From Spirochaetia bacterium (GTDB lineage: Bacteria > Spirochaetota > Spirochaetia > WTKD01 > G963693115), in NCBI GenBank assembly GCA_965226055.1, contig CBDDCA010000005.1:320001-384000 (forward strand): DNA of 64,000 bases, read 5' to 3'. Shown here piece by piece: positions 62,172 to 64,000 of the stretch (positions within the stretch are counted from its first letter, which is position 1; the number at the start of each line of letters is the position of its first letter). Made by a program: the position numbers and the translations under genes. The notes under the pieces are model-generated. The model was not told the origin of the DNA. It made no database searches and saw only the letters and a list, made by a program, of their open reading frames with translations.

Positions 62172-63416
62172 TTATATGAGCCTTTGTTTTCCATAACATT
62201 GAAAATATTCTTTTGTATATCCTGATATCAATAGATCCTCTGTGCCATCGGCATTAGCAATAGTACGAGTGTTTACTGTGTACAAAGAAGATACTTCTTT
62301 CATGGTAGTGATTCCCTGTATCTGAAAAGAGGAGTGCTGTGTGCCACCTATAATTTTTGGTGCTATAAATACTGATATTTTATCTATAAGCCCCATAGAA
62401 AAAAAACTACTGAGCAATGTTGCTCCACTTTCCAGTAAGACAGAATAGCAGGACAAAGAATACAGTACATCCAATACATGATACAAATCTATACGTTGCT
62501 TTGTATCTCTCTCCTGTGTAATGATTTTTGCTCCACGTGCTTCTAGTGCTTGTGCTTTTTTCTTTTTTTGATGAACATACTGTTTTGCACAAAAAATAAT
62601 AACACCAGGGGACTGTCTGCGTGCAATATCAAATATACGGGCATGTGCGGGAGTTTTTAATGTTGTATCAAGAATTACCAACAACGGATTATTGGATGCT
62701 TTTGACATATCATTACTACTATTTTTTAGTCGAACATCAAAACGAGGATTATCTTTGAGTATAGTATTTACTCCTGTGATAATTGCTTGAGCTTGCTTGC
62801 GTATGATACGATGTACCACTGCTCGTGAAGCCTCTCCTGTAATCCACTGTGAGTCTCCCGAAAGAGATGCTATGCGTGCATCAATACTCTGTGCAATTTT
62901 TGCATGTACAAAAGGATGCTTTTTCTGTTGTAATGCAATAAACACCTCGTTTAATTCTACCAGCTCTTTTTGGAGAATATCAAGTACTATTACTTCTATC
63001 CCTGCTTTTTGCAACAATGCAATGCCTTTGCCTTGCATATTTTTATTGGGATCGATCATGCCTACTACTACTTTCTTTATTCCTGATGCTATAATGGTAT
63101 CGGTACAGGCAGGTTGCTTTTTTCCTTTCCACACAGCACAGCATGGCTCTAAGGTACAGTACAGTATTGCCTCATCCATTATCTTTGGCATAACAGGAGA
63201 TGTACGAGAAAAACTAAAAACATTGCTTTTTTTCAATGCTCTGTCTATGGCAATTTTTTCTGCATGTTGCTGTCCATACTGTGCATGCCATCCTTGTGCT
63301 ATAATCTCATCATCTTTTACTATCAATGCCCCTACTTTAGGGTTTGGATATACTGCATTCCCTCCCCTTTTTGCAAGAGCTATAGCTTTCTGCATATATT
63401 TCTTATGCTCATTCAT
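62172..63416 (-). CDS. ribD: Bifunctional riboflavin deaminase/reductase (start 63416 or 63440)
   Basis: PNPKVGA, HAE, TLEPC..PAC, KIAQSIDA, SQWITG, DNPRF, IAPKIIGG. Confidence 0.95.
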   Translation of the reverse strand: MNEHKKYMQKAIALAKRGGNAVYPNPKVGALIVKDDEIIAQGWHAQYGQQHAEKIAIDRALKKSNVFSFSRTSPVMPKIMDEAILYCTLEPCCAVWKGKKQPACTDTIIASGIKKVVVGMIDPNKNMQGKGIALLQKAGIEVIVLDILQKELVELNEVFIALQQKKHPFVHAKIAQSIDARIASLSGDSQWITGEASRAVVHRIIRKQAQAIITGVNTILKDNPRFDVRLKNSSNDMSKASNNPLLVILDTTLKTPAHARIFDIARRQSPGVIIFCAKQYVHQKKKKAQALEARGAKIITQERDTKQRIDLYHVLDVLYSLSCYSVLLESGATLLSSFFSMGLIDKISVFIAPKIIGGTQHSSFQIQGITTMKEVSSLYTVNTRTIANADGTEDLLISGYTKEYFQCYGKQRLI

Positions 63417-63513
63417 ACTATATTTCTCATTATACATCATACACTATTATGAGTTTAGTTTGTATATGATATACAAAGATATATAGAAATATTTTCTTAC
63501 TGCTCTTATGGTT

Positions 63514-63549
63514 CTATAGCAAGAAAGGAGCTATCCTTTCTTGCTATAG
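63514..63549. terminator. Conserved 3' hairpin of the lipoprotein family (perfect 16-bp stem)
   Basis: CTATAGCAAGAAAGGA-GCTA-TCCTTTCTTGCTATAG. Confidence 0.7.
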
Positions 63550-63569
63550 GTATTGTTTCTTATATTCTA

Positions 63570-64000
63570 CTATGAGCTACACTCTGCAGATCCTTTGAAT
63601 TTTGGATATCTGCTTGAAACTCTGTCTAAAGGTGAACCTACAAACATATTATTAATTGAAGTTCCTGGTTTAAATTCACACATTCTCCACGATGATAAAT
63701 CTTGATTAAATACAGTGGTACCAGAAAACATACCTGTTGCTGTAGAAACATTTTCAACATTCCATCCACTTATATTTTGATTAAATTTACTAGCTACAGC
63801 AAACATATCATTCATATCAGTAACCTCACTCACATCCCAATCTCCTATGTCTTGATTAAATACAGAAGCAAAGGCAAACATACTATTCATATTCGTTACA
63901 TTACTGGTATTCCACTGTGTTATATCCCCATTAAAAGTACTATCTCTAAAAAATAAATCACTCATATCAGTAATGGCACTGGTATCTATCATGTTGAGGT
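63570..64000 (-). CDS. 3' end of another BspA/DUF285 gene (starts beyond the right edge)
   Basis: [13 protein letters not shown]-cap shared with the paralogues, four Trp-anchored repeats, Cys-pair C-cap. Confidence 0.88.
   Translation of the reverse strand, partial: LNMIDTSAITDMSDLFFRDSTFNGDITQWNTSNVTNMNSMFAFASVFNQDIGDWDVSEVTDMNDMFAVASKFNQNISGWNVENVSTATGMFSGTTVFNQDLSSWRMCEFKPGTSINNMFVGSPLDRVSSRYPKFKGSAECSS

Noticed and set aside
62797-63486. 229-aa plus-strand ORF
   Set aside because: Antisense shadow of ribD with no recognisable motif.

Overview
AT-rich bacterial chromosomal segment, most likely from a spirochaete. This is inferred from the rpsT-hbb-lnt, comEC-rsmA and prfA-prmC gene orders, flgF-flgG-flgJ without flgA/H/I, and a Bdr-like ORF. 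Housekeeping genes (alaA, lnt, guaC, amtB-glnK, apt, tsaD, ligA, lipA, tpx, dapA, accBCDA, mlaEFD, rib genes) are interspersed with seven minus-strand genes for a family of surface lipoproteins with BspA/DUF285-type leucine-rich repeats. Two of the seven are cut by the window edges, and the left-edge copy is assigned from its N-terminus only. Main signal: the three largest complete genes each have a strong AAGGAG RBS and ATG upstream of the called ORF, separated from it by a G12, G15 or G14 run inside the signal-peptide coding region. All three are one base out of frame (OFF) as assembled, and two short paralogues carry the in-frame GGGAGAG at the equivalent site. The family also shows near-constant stalks with hypervariable LRR tips, patchwork mosaicism, permuted 72-bp repeat modules, a shared 3' hairpin, and a T21 tract upstream of a copy lacking the G run. 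Together this suggests a phase- and recombination-variable surface receptor repertoire. Other signals: a duplicated apt 3' end with only synonymous changes plus a 13-bp inverted repeat, a candidate structured RNA convergent on an NYN RNase gene, and many apparently leaderless genes. All calls were made by eye with no database searches. Homopolymer lengths could be assembly errors.
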